Source of the DNA: Octopus sinensis
Lineage: Eukaryota
Length of the DNA: 64,000 nt
Reading direction: 5' to 3'
Assembly: GCF_006345805.1 (NCBI RefSeq)
Contig: NC_043015.1
Location: 29,822,001 to 29,886,000 of the forward strand
Positions within the stretch are counted from its first letter, which is position 1. Every line of letters starts with the position of its first letter. Positions 52,349 through 64,000 of this stretch are shown piece by piece. The notes under the pieces were generated by a model, which made no database searches, was not told where the DNA came from, and saw nothing but the letters and a program-made list of their open reading frames with translations. A program made the position numbers and the translations under genes.

Positions 52349-53074
52349 CCCTTTCGTTACTGTATTTATTTTGAGATGCTCTGTGTTTCTTTCAATTATC
52401 TCTCTCTATATAAATGGCAGTTTGTCTGTCTGTGTGTCTGTCAGGTTGTACCCTCACCCTGACCACGGCTTTCAACCGATTCTGATGAAACTTGACACAC
52501 ACATAGCCCAATGTCATAATTCAAAACTAACGCAGCGAAAATTTTGAAAAGTTCCCCCAGTTCTGAAAAAAATTGATAAATTCGACATGGGGTCGAGAAT
52601 CTAAGCTTTTTATTTGCAACACATTTTCTGTTGTAGTTTTCGCAACTTGCAATCGATTCTGACCAAACTCATGGTGAAGCTTAAGGTTACCCTAAGAAAC
52701 TTAATTCTGACGTTAGTTTTCCATGCAATACCTTACCATCAGAAAAAATCGATAAAATCATGCCATTTTGGGAAATCGTGTTCAAATTCAAGATGACATA
52801 TTTTCGACAATATCTTTCACAAATTGGCAGGAATTTTTTTTTAATTCACAGCGAGCATCATGTCTGCTCCAGGGGCTCTTACATACCCGGGCTATGCTGC
52901 TAGTTTTAAATATAACAAAGAATTTAGTAAAATAACTTAGTTATCTTTAAGCTAGTATTAGGATTATAAATTGCGACTAAGTTTTGGTGGTATATTTTGA
53001 TGCAAAATTTATGAAAACAAGACATTTGTACTACAGAGCCAAAGCCGGTTTTGGCCGGGTTGGTAACGAAAGGG
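52349..53074. mobile_element. piggyBac-type MITE (family 1) split by a Helitron-like insertion
   Basis: The two halves rejoin as ttcaatta|ttttaaatat, as in the intact 28582-28803 copy. Confidence 0.82.
52399..52903 (+). mobile_element. Non-autonomous Helitron-like element
   Basis: 5' TC and 3' CTAG termini; inserted between A and T of the host MITE with no TSD. The 5' end is shared with 55238-55614. Confidence 0.8.
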
Positions 53075-53852
53075 TTAGACTGCCTGCCTGTAGCAAAGCT
53101 AAAAGTGAGTGAGGGTCTGCCCTAAGCAATGCTTTTATAGGGAAAGCATTTTCAGGTCTGCTGTATAAATCTGGAGATTGGCGGTGAGGGAACAAGCCCA
53201 AGAGATGTTCTGGGTGGCATATACTGTGGCTACACCACCATGCCTACTCTACTCAACCCTCATAAAAGCGGATGAGTGGTGTTTGGGTATCTTTGTTAGA
53301 AATCTTGGCTATCTATTTGTGACATTTTTTATGTGGGGTTTGGCCATTATGTTCGTTGGTTGGTTGGGAATGGATGTTTTAATTACTTTTAGCACCTCAT
53401 TAATTCATACCTCTATCTGTTTATTATAGTTTCCAATGGTGCTGTGTAAGACTAACTGAGATTTTAAATTTAAAATCTGGCAAGATTAGGCAGCTCAGAC
53501 AGCCATCAGTGTGTCTATGAACATTGCCTGGCTCTCACTCACCAAATAGGAGGCTGTGACATTTTTCATGTGAACAACAACCAGATCCCGTAAGGATTGG
53601 GTTCTTAAAAGATCGAATGTGTTATGCATTTGCCAACTTTATTATTATTTGCTGTTGTCTATTCTTTATGTGTGTGTGTGTTTCTTTTGCTTTTGTTTTT
53701 TAATGAATAAACATAAAAATAGGTGAACAATGTAGTCATAGTAAGAAAGTAGTATTGTAAGTAACTCCTAAATACACAGACTACAGTGAGAATGAGTAAG
53801 TATATCTCTCTCTCTCTCTCTCTCTCTCTCCATATTGTGCTTGTGCTTTTGA

Positions 53853-54265
53853 AGGCAGCGAGCTGGCAGAAACATTAGCACGCCGGGCAAAATGCTTAGC
53901 GGTATTTCGTCTGCCGCTACGTTCTGAGTTCAAATTCCGCCGAGGTCGACTTTGCTTTTCATCCTATCGGGGTCGATAAATTAAGTACTAGTTACGCACT
54001 GGGGTCGATGTAATCGACTTAATCTCCTTGTCTGTCCTCTCTGTGTTTAGCCCCTTATGGGTAATAAAGAAATAGGTATTTCGTCTGCCGCTATGTTCTG
54101 GGTTCAAATTCCGCCGAGGTCGACTTTGCCTTTCATCCTTTCGGGATAGATTACAATAAGTACCAGTTTTGCACGTGGGGGGGGGGGCGATGTAATTGAC
54201 TTATTCTCTTTGTCTATCCTTGTTTGTCCACTCTATGTTTAGCCCCTTGTGGGCAGTAAAGAAAT
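53853..54265 (+). mobile_element. Family A SINE tandem dimer with 16-bp TSD
   Basis: atattgtgcttgtgct flanks both sides; the junction is aagaaata|ggtatttcgtc. Confidence 0.87.
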
Positions 54266-54387
54266 ATATTGTGCTTGTGCTATGATAAAAAGCACCCAGT
54301 ACACTTTACAAAGTGGTTCATGCCAAAGCAGACATTGGAGCTCAGTACAGTCCTCTGGCTTGTCAGTTCCTGTTCCACCATCTAACC

Positions 54388-54859
54388 CAGGGTTTCTCAA
54401 CCATTTTCTGTCTCTGGACCCCTTTCATTACTATTTTATTCTTGCGGACCCCCATAACCAGTCGATGCTTAAAAACTATTCTTTTGTGTCTGGGGAGAGT
54501 CATTTTCTTTTGTGCCTTATAATTTAACATACCGGTAAAATTTCCACTTATTTCTTATTTTTATTTTCCTAAAATTTTCGTTGCATCTTGCAACCTTTTC
54601 AATAGTCTTGACTATATAGCTTAAAAACTAGTTTAACAGAAACCTCTTTCAAAATTCCTGTTTTGTTTTTCACACATTGACTTGTGTAGGTTGTACTATG
54701 TAAAATGTCAGAGAAAGAAACCTAGCTGTTTCTTGCAATACCTACACCTGAAGCAAAATTTTTTCAGGGGGGGTCTTTAGAATATTATTGTGGGTCCCCA
54801 GTTTATTTTGTTGTGTGGACTCCCAAAAATCTTATATGGATCTTGGTTGAGAACCATTG
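54388..54859. mobile_element. hAT-type MITE
   Basis: cagggtttctcaacca...tggttgagaaccattg with an 8-bp TSD atctaacc/atctaaca. A related, nested copy lies at about 46686-47833. Confidence 0.8.
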
Positions 54860-55237
54860 ATCTAACACATGGCAACAGAGGAAAAGGAACAATTATGCAC
54901 ATATGTACATACATTTATAATAGTTTTGTATTCTGTGATTCTAAAACACAAGCCTGACTAATTCCTAAGTAATTATGTGTAACCTGTTATAATTTTTAAT
55001 TTTTTAGTGTCCAGTAGTTGATTCAAGTAGATTTACAAGAAATCGGTTTTATGAAATTCTTGTGGGATATCTGTCTCTTTGACATCAGTTTTAGAACTAT
55101 ACACCATTGTCTCTTAAGTCCAATTTTCATGCCAGCTTGGGTTGGATGAATATGCTGTAGCATTGTTTTACTAGCAGATGACCTTCCTGTCTTTAACCCA
55201 AACCCATTTCCCAAAAAAGGAATTTTTTTATATTCCA

Positions 55238-55614
55238 CTAGCACTATGACCCAGCAACGCCGGGTCACAGTGCTAGTGCATGCATATACAGCTGTTTGCG
55301 TGCACACATACACGCAAGTGCTGTCCGAATCTCCGACCAATCACATACAGCTAGATGGCATTCAATTGGCGTATCAAGTTTCGGGCGTTTTGATTGGGTT
55401 TTGGATAGAAAATTCAAAAAAATGTCACTTCTATTGATTTTTTTAATGGCTTTGCGGGGTGATTGGGGAAATGTAAAGATGTGCACGACCACCCTTGGAC
55501 GGTTTTGAATGACCATAGAAAGTGCCAGCCCCCTCTAACTGAAAAATTGTGGATTTGTATAAAGGATACACACGCACACAGACAGACATTTTGCCATTTA
55601 TATATATATAGAGA
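55238..55614 (-). mobile_element. Non-autonomous Helitron-like element
   Basis: Minus strand A|TCTCTATATA..AAATGGCAAAATGTCTGTCTGTG ... subterminal hairpin ... CTAG|T. Confidence 0.72.
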
Positions 55615-55875
55615 TTCCATTCGTTTTCAAAAGTGCTGAGCTTACAGGATGATTGCTATGACTCAAACGCTGACAATTCTGTGACACATCTGAAGCCATA
55701 TTAACTTGATTCCGAAGATGCGGTGACTCAAACTAGGCTTCTTCTCCTCAAGACAAACTGGATAACAGTAAAAACTACTCGGGCGCACACGCCTGCACAA
55801 ACATATATTACAATTTATCTATATAGCCACACTGTAAAAAGGACTCTTTACTTTGGGTCAGTAAACCTATGAATA

Positions 55876-55913
<38 letters not shown>

Positions 55914-57044
55914 GCAAGTATGTCTATGTGGTAAGTTTACTTCACCTCAAATGGTTCCAGGTTCAACCCCACTGTGTAGCACTTTCGGCAATTATCTTCT
56001 ACTATCACCTTTGACTGACCAAATCCATGGAAATAGATTTGATAGACAGAAACTGAAAGAAACCTGATGTGTGTCCATGCCGGTGGCACGTTAAAAGCAC
56101 CAACCGATCGTGGCCGCTGCCAGACTCCCCTGGCACCTGTGCCGGTGGCACGTAAAAAGCACCCACTACACTCACAGAGTGGTTGGCGTTAGGAAGGGCA
56201 TCCAGCTGTAGAAACACTGCCAGATCAGACTGGAGCCTGGTGCAGCCTCCTGGCTTCCCAGACCTCGATCGAACCATCTAACCCATGCTAGCATGGAAAA
56301 CGGACGTTAAACGATGATGATGATGATGATGATATGTGAGTGTGTGTGAGTGTCTGTGTCTTGGCAACCAATGTTGGTGTGTTTACATCCCTGTAGCTTA
56401 GTAGTTCAGTAAAGAGACCAATAGCATGGCTGCAGTGAAATGACTGAAAGAAATAAACAAATATATGTATGTGTATAAATAGAATGTATGTATTACATAT
56501 AATATGTACTTCCACCCACACATGTAGCTTTTGAGTTGGGGAGAATGTTGCCTTAATCATTATTATTGCTGTTTTTATTCCTTCAAATAATATTAATGAA
56601 CATTTGAAGTATTTCTATTTTTAATTATGAATCACGAAGATGGTGTGGATGAGAGAGCTTTAATTAGTTTTGTGCTACATTTCTTCTACTGTTTATGCTA
56701 ATTACTTCTTCACTGTGCTTCCATAAGAGAAACTTTTTTTTTTTAAATAATTAATACTAATTCATTATGAATCATTGTATGTCATTGATTGATCTTAATT
56801 ATTTTTTATGTAAATTTAAAAAAAAGATATTTTACTATGTTTTATAATCTTGTAATTCTAATTGATCTTATCCATTTAATTAGTCAGAAAAGACTTGCCT
56901 TTAAAATAAGCTTTGCTACTACTTATTACTACTACTACTGCTACTGCTGCTACCAGCACCATCTCTCTTATCAGTGATAATCATTTTCATTATTGATATT
57001 ACCATTTCTGTCATCATTTCATCTCCATCATCATTATCAACATC

Positions 57045-57582
57045 ATACCTATTTCTTTACTACCCACAAGGGGCTAAACATAGAGAGGACAAACAAGGAC
57101 AGACATAGGTATTAAGTCGATTACATCGACCTCAGTGTGTAACTGGTACTTATTTAATCGACCCCGAAAGGATGAAAGGCAAAGTCGACCCCAGTGCATA
57201 ACTCGTACTTATTTAATCGAATCCGAAAGGATGAAAGGCAAAGTCGACCCCAGTGCATAACTCGTACTTATTTAATCGACCCCAAAAGGATGAAAGGCAA
57301 AGTCGACCTCAGCGGAATTTGAACTCAGAACGTAATGGCAGTTGAAATACCTATTTCTTTACTACCCACAAGGGGCTAAACATAGAGGGGACAAACAAGG
57401 ACAGACATAGGTATTAAGTCGATTACATCGACTCCAGTGCATAACTGGTACTTATTTAATCGACCCTGAAAGGATGAAAGGCAAAGTCGACCTCGGCGGA
57501 ATTTGAACTCACAACATAACGGCAGACAAACTGCCGCTAAGCATTTTGCCTGGTTTGCTAGCGCTTGTTCCAGATCGCCACC
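57045..57582 (-). mobile_element. Family A SINE tandem dimer with internal triplication
   Basis: Reverse-complement of family A. An about 59-bp segment (gtcgacc..cagtgcataactcgtacttatttaatcga..gaaaggatgaaaggcaaa) occurs three times. Flanked by a cattatcaacatcatacc repeat. Confidence 0.85.
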
Positions 57583-58064
57583 TTCATTATCAACATCATA
57601 CCATTGGTTTTCTTATATGGGATGGACTGATGTGTATTATGTTATCTCCCCTTCTCGCTCCCTCTCCAATTCTGTGTCATCATATCTGTGAGCACAAAGT
57701 TCCACCCAACATCCTGAGGTCAGAGAACAGAGGTGAACATGGGGGAAAAAGCACAGTGGGCCACTTCCTATGTATTCGTTCTGCTGTTTCAGTTACCCTC
57801 TTTAGACGAAATGAGGATTTATTAAATCTCCTGCTTTGAAGAATCATAATATAATTAATATGGGCCAGAACTGCAAGTGATTCTGGGGAAATTTTTACCT
57901 GCTTTTGGTTCAAATCAGCCAGATCTGGTCTATCACATCTACCCTACAATGTCATTCTAAAAATAAGCAGTCGCATCATTGAAATATCAAAGATGCATGA
58001 TTAATTCAAGACAATAATTAAATAAGCAATCTGAATGCTGAAAGGTTAAGTAAACATTGAATTC

Positions 58065-58123
<59 letters not shown>

Positions 58124-59443
58124 TCTCTCATTTAAAACTTATCAATGAAATACTGATTTCATTTCACCAGGCATGGAGGAATTCCAACCGTGTTTCATGG
58201 TTTGCTACCTCAACAGCTCCTTGATAGGATCCAGTTAGCTCAAGACATCATCAGGAGGAACCACATCCAGTTTCGGCCCCTACTCCTCTAGTGTTTTTGA
58301 CGTGCCCCCCGCCCCACTTCAGAAGCATCTTCAGCTCTGGTGTTGAGTGCATTTTTTCTTTCTCCTTTTTTCCTTTTGTTCTTTGGTTTCTTTGGATACA
58401 GTGTCAAGGAGGGGGTCAGCGGGTGACTGACCATCCTGCCAAATTTCCCTTTAAATACTCACTGGTAGGCTCCAGCAGCCAGCACTAGCTAACTGTCACA
58501 TGACACTATCTGAGCTTCAACTGACCAATGGAGGGGAAAGGTGCGTAGTTTTGGTCCACGCCCTCTCTAAACCTGCTTTGCAAACCTATTCAACCCTCTT
58601 GTGTACATATCTACAAATGAAGGGACCTATCTGTTTGTTGAATGACTGTTATTACTTCACATGAACAAATGGCAAAGGTTCATCCAGGTCAAAGTTGAAT
58701 GTAAAGCAGTGAATCACATTCACCCCAACACACTTTGAACAGTATGGTGTTTTATTTGCTTTTAGATGATTTTTTTTTTGTCTTTGAGGGTGTGGTTTAC
58801 CACATTATCTAACCCCCAGCATTGTTAGTCATGTGAGATGGCTCATGGTTAGGAAATAAATCTATACATTTCAACAACTCCCCACACATGTGCACACTCC
58901 AGTAAAGATGATTCTCTTTTCTCTGTTTGGTTGCAGGACAGATTAAAATAGTTTGGGGAGAATATTTCAGAGATTAAATATCTCTGTGCAGTTTTGCAGG
59001 GTTTGTAATTTAAATGTAGCTTTTGGTGCCCATTGTGAAGTGTTTGTTTATGAGGTGGCAGCCATGGATGGGAGGGGTCTGAAACTGACTTAAATAACAT
59101 ACTGTGGTTGCAAAAAAAAAAAAAAAAAGTCAGTCACCAAAAGGGGAAGATCAGTTTTGGAAATAGAATAGTTTTTGCTGTTGTTGTTGAACTCTTCCCT
59201 ACCCCATTCCCTCCCACCTTAAGTGAGCAGCCTTACCATATATAGTGTTCCAGCTTTGACTATCTTTTTTTCTTTTTTTTTTTTTTTCATGTTGGTGAGA
59301 TTAATTGATTGTGTTTGTGTTAAGTCAAGAACTGGATCTGTTGTCTGATACCAGGAGCCACATACATTTCATCAACTTTGTTCACACTACCGCAAGCTGA
59401 TATAACTATTGTTACACACACAAACACACCTGTGTGTGTGTGT

Positions 59444-59487
<44 letters not shown>

Positions 59488-60485
59488 ATGCACACACACA
59501 CACACAGTCATTCATTAGTTTGTTCAGTTTTACATCTGTTTTTCCATTCATGCATGGGTTAGATTCAGAAGTTCTCAATGCGGGGCATTACCATCTCTAA
59601 GGGGGCATTAGGCTTTAGGGAGCTGTAAGTGGTGCAGTGAAGTTAGCAATTAGCATACTAAATTTCACCTATAGTAGTAATTACATTATACATGTTAAAA
59701 TTAGTGATTATTATTAAAATAAAATGAGATAGTGGGTTTTACCCATATTTTACTCTGTGTCAATAAAGTAAGTACCAATAAAGTACTGGGGGGAGGGGGT
59801 CAATTCTTCCCTCCCTCAAATTACTGGTCTTATACCAAAATTAGAAAAGTTGGCAAGCTGGCAGAATCATGACTATGTCAAACAAAAGTGCTTAGCAACA
59901 TTTCGTCCGTCTTTATATCCTGAGTTCAAATTCCACCAAGGTCAACTTTGCCTTTCATATGTTTGGGGGTCAATAAAATAAGTACCAGTTGAGAACTATG
60001 GGCAATGTAATCAACTGGTTCCCCTTCCCCAAAATTTCAGGCCTTGTGCCTATAGTAGAAAGTATTGCCTGGCAAATGCTTAGTGGTATTTCGCCTGCCT
60101 TTATATCCGAAGTTCAAATTATGCTGAGGTTGACTTTGGCTTTCATCCATTCGGGATCAGTAAAACAAGTACCAGTTGGACACTGGGGTTGATATAATCA
60201 AATAATCCCCTCTCCCCAAATTCAGGCCTTGTGCCTTTAGTGAAAAGGATTATTATTATTATTATTATTATAGCAGTTGTGCATTGACAGAATCATTAGG
60301 GTAAGTTTTGGAAAAAATGCTTTGTAAGATTTACATTCCAAGTTCAAATCCCACTGATGTTGATATTGCCTTTCATGCTTTCAGGGGTCAATAAACTGTC
60401 AAGTACTAGTGTCAAAGTACTTGACTAATACCCTCCACTCAGACATGGCTAATCTAGTGCCTAAATCCAAACATCATCATTAAAG

Positions 60486-60538
<53 letters not shown>

Positions 60539-61382
60539 GGTGGTGAGCCAGCAGAATCATTAGCATGATGGGCAAAATGCTTAGGGGCATTTCGTCCATC
60601 TTTATGTTCTGACTTCAAATTCCATCAAGGTCACCTTTGCCTTTTGTGCTTTTGGGGGTTGATAAAATAAGTACCAGTTGAGAACTGGCATTGATCTAAT
60701 CAACGTAGACTCTCCTTTGAACTTGCTGGTCTTGTGCCAAAATTTGAAACCATTGTTGTTATTATTATTATTATATTATTATTATTATTATTATGACTAT
60801 ATTTGCCATCAACCTCCATTTCTATCATCCTCATCTTCATCCTCATCATCCCTACCATCATCATCAATAATATATGTCAATGAAACTATTTACTTAGGTT
60901 TCACTTTTTATTTATTTTTTTTGTTTGTTTACACAGGGGAAACTAAATTTAGTTTTAGATGGAAAATAAGGATGACAGGAAGGTGCCAAGTGTCATTATT
61001 AATAGAGTTTGTTTTTTAAGGAGTACATACATAGTAAAGGTCAACAGTAACCTTAGAAGTTGTCAGAGATGGCAAATGTCAATGGTTTATCTTTATGGGG
61101 CTTAGAGGAGGTAAGAACTTCCAAAAATAAATAAATAACCCCCCTTCCACTTCGGTACTTAATAGAAAGAGGCATTTGACCCAGTATTAAGCAAGTTAAT
61201 TAAAACGAAAAAAATACAAGTTTTACCCATATTTGAGTGTATTTTGTTGTTTCTAGCATGTAAAAGAAACTGTGGTGCTCTGCTGTGGGGTGGGGGTCCC
61301 CCCCCCTCTCTGGCAATACTTTTATGAGGATAGTACGTTTTGGTTTCCTATATAAGTCGGTATAGGGTTGTATTGGCCTGGA

Positions 61383-61614
61383 TGGTGGCGAGCTGGCAGA
61401 AACGTTAGCATGCCTGGCGAAATGCTTAGTGGTATTTCGTCTGCCGCTACATTCTGAGTTCAAATTCCGCCGAGGTCGACTTTGCCTTTCATCCTTTCGG
61501 GGTCGATAAATTAAGTACTAGTAGTGCACTGGGGTCGATGTAATCGACTTAATCCGTTTGTCTGTCCTTGTTTGTCCTCTCTGTGTTCAGCCCCTTGTGG
61601 ATAGTAAAGAAATA
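61383..61614 (+). mobile_element. tRNA-derived SINE (family A), full length with 24-bp target-site duplication
   Basis: ggcgagctggcagaaacgttagc...gagttcaaattcc (A/B boxes) and central gcctttcatcctttcggggtcgataaa (resembles the recalled MetaSINE-type domain). Direct repeat ggtatagggttgtattggcctgga at 61359-61382 and 61615-61638. Confidence 0.9.
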
Positions 61615-62494
61615 GGTATAGGGTTGTATTGGCCTGGAGGAAGGAAAAACAATCAAGGGCTCTTCTGGGTGGTTCACTCAATCTACATGACTGTTACTAT
61701 AGACCTATGCATGTGAATTGTGTTTCTCTATATTTGCTGGCAACATTTTCAATGAATATCTACATCTCTCTAGACCCTCCAACAGAAATGTAGCGAGGGC
61801 TGGAATAAGACTACTTTCAAGCAAGGGACTGTGTGTGTCCTGTCAGAACTCAAGAGGGAAGATATTTTGTTTTTCTCTAGGAGTTGGGGACAGCAAATAA
61901 TCTTGGGGTGGACTGCAATCCCTCCTGCCAAGATCACTGTACCCCACTCTTATAAGCTTTATCTCTAGTTATTAGAATTGCCAAAACATTTGGACTTATT
62001 TTTATTGTTTTTGTGTAATTGGTTTATTTTTCTCACATAACCTTCAGTTTTCCCACCATATAATGTAAATAACTTTCTAAATCAAAGGCAATTTTTTTTC
62101 TTTCTCTTTTTTACACGGTGGGAAAGACCGCAAAATAGATTTTACTTTATAATCATTGATAAAAACAATTTCGACCTTCTTGGCTCTGCTAGTGTGTGAG
62201 ATAAAGGTACAGAAACTGAATGAAGCTAATATGCATGGGAACAGTGGGTGAGTTCAAATCCCACCAAAGTCAGTTTTGCTCTTCATTCTTTTAGGGTCAA
62301 TAAAAAAAGAAAACCCATTTGAGACAGTAGGTTGGCAGAACTGTAAGGACGTTGGCCCAGATACTTTGCAATGGTATTTGGTCTGGTTCTTTGCACTCTG
62401 AGTTTAAATTTGGTCATAGGAAATCTGTTTCAATAGACTCTGTCTGACCCATCCAAGCATGGAAAAGTAGACATTGAAATAAATGATGACACAC

Positions 62495-62561
<67 letters not shown>

Positions 62562-63229
62562 GGCTTTTTTTTCAGTTTCCATCTACCAAATACACTCACA
62601 TGACTTTGGTTAGCTTGGGGCTATAGCAGGAGGCCCAAGGTGCCTGCCTTGCAGTGAGACTGAACCTGGAGCCATGTAATGGAAGCAAGCTTCTTACCAC
62701 TCAACTATATATATATATATATATATATATCTATATATATAGATAAAAAATCGATGGAAATTGTAGTTGTGATGCCAGTGGCACGTAAAAAGATCCATCT
62801 GAACGTGGCTGTTGCCAGCGGCGCCACGACTGGTCTCCGTGCCGGTGGCACGTAAAAAGCACCAACCAATCATGGCTGTTACCAGCCTCGCCTGGCACCT
62901 GTGCTGGTGGCATGTAAAAAGCACCCACTACACTCACGGGGTGGTTGGCGTTAGGAAGGGCATCCAGCCATAGAAACACTGCCAGATCAGACTGGAGCCT
63001 AGTGCAGCCTTCTGGCTTCCCAGACCCCAATTGAACCGTCCAACCCATGCTAGCATGGAGAACGGACGTTAAACGATGATGATATATGTATATAAACAGA
63101 CATTGGTTATAGTTTTTTTAAACTTCCAATTAATAATAGAGCATTCACAGTAATTAAATAGTTTAGTGGGTTCATTTAATGTGAGCAGAATGAAAAAGAA
63201 AAGAGAGGAAACACAGACTTTTGTATGTC

Positions 63230-63850
63230 ACATGAACAACCAAACAAAAAAATTCTGTCCCTCTGAAGCAGTGAAGCACCCTCAATGTGCTCTACTGGAT
63301 GACAATCACAGGGTGCAAGATGGGTGAGGTAGCTTTTCAAACCTACATTCCCAATGACATCTCTGACACTGAAGCCATGTAAACTGGTGTATTGTTATGA
63401 AGAAGTGGGACACATGCACTCAACATTCCACATGCTTTGTCTTGGTTCAGTCTCACTGATGACATGGCAAACAGGCATAATAGGCAGCTGTGGTTGTTCC
63501 CCTGTGCGATATATGTAGTCAATTAACAGCGCAACTTGGGAGTTATAGAAGGTTGTACACATCAGCTTGCTTGCACTGAGTTGAACTTTGAATTTCTTTG
63601 GTATCAGAGAGTCCTTGTGCTTCTACTAGCTGGATTGTCCTTTTGTATTGGGGGTTATACTGATGGATCTACATCCCATTTCTGGTTATTATTGCCAGTT
63701 GAACAGATCTCCGGTTCCATGCTTGAGATGGTGCTTTTTCTCTCGCATACTGATTGCAATCTGCTGTCTTTTATTTCCAGAGTCAGCATTCTTGGCTCTC
63801 CCAATTTGCAAACACTTTTGACAGGCTCAAATATTCATAAATGATTTAAT
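63230..63850 (-). pseudogene. Decayed mariner/Tc1 transposase
   Basis: Minus strand across frameshifts: LSKVFANW-PRMLT (WVPR-like), IHQYNP, TKGQS..KHKDSLIPKKFKVQLSASKLMCTTF, LLIDY, PLLHNNTPVY (HDNAP-like), EKLPHP. Confidence 0.72.
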
Positions 63851-64000
63851 TATTCATTTGTCAGTCTCCCTTTATGAGACACTCAACATCGTCGTCATCA
63901 TCATCATCATTTAACATCCATTTCCCATGCTAGCATGGGTTGGACGGTCTTGACTGAAGGCTGGCGAACCAGGAGGCTGCATCAGGCTCCAGTCTTGATC

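Overview
AT-rich, microsatellite-laden eukaryotic DNA. The repeat content suggests a cephalopod, most likely Octopus (inference). The only clear host coding sequence is the first coding exon of an AMMECR1-family gene (+, 14533-14744). I found no exon 2 by eye, so the rest of the window probably lies in a very large intron. A divergent gene may start on the minus strand near 12.3 kb. Everything else is repeat-derived: several tRNA-derived SINE families, CR1/L2-group and RTE LINE fragments, a decayed Penelope-like element (PLE), a decayed mariner transposase, piggyBac-, hAT- and Helitron-type non-autonomous elements, a 28S rRNA fragment, minisatellites and local tandem duplications. Almost all supplied ORFs are microsatellite artefacts. 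The most notable signal is a set of small non-coding elements carrying minimal type I hammerhead-ribozyme motifs. These are (i) long-hairpin elements with a variant CCGACGA-core hammerhead on each arm, (ii) an inverted tRNA-headed SINE dimer whose bodies end in hammerheads, and (iii) a TA-inserted element with a canonical core. Together they suggest a PLE-mobilised ribozyme/SINE system. All calls are by eye, without database searches.
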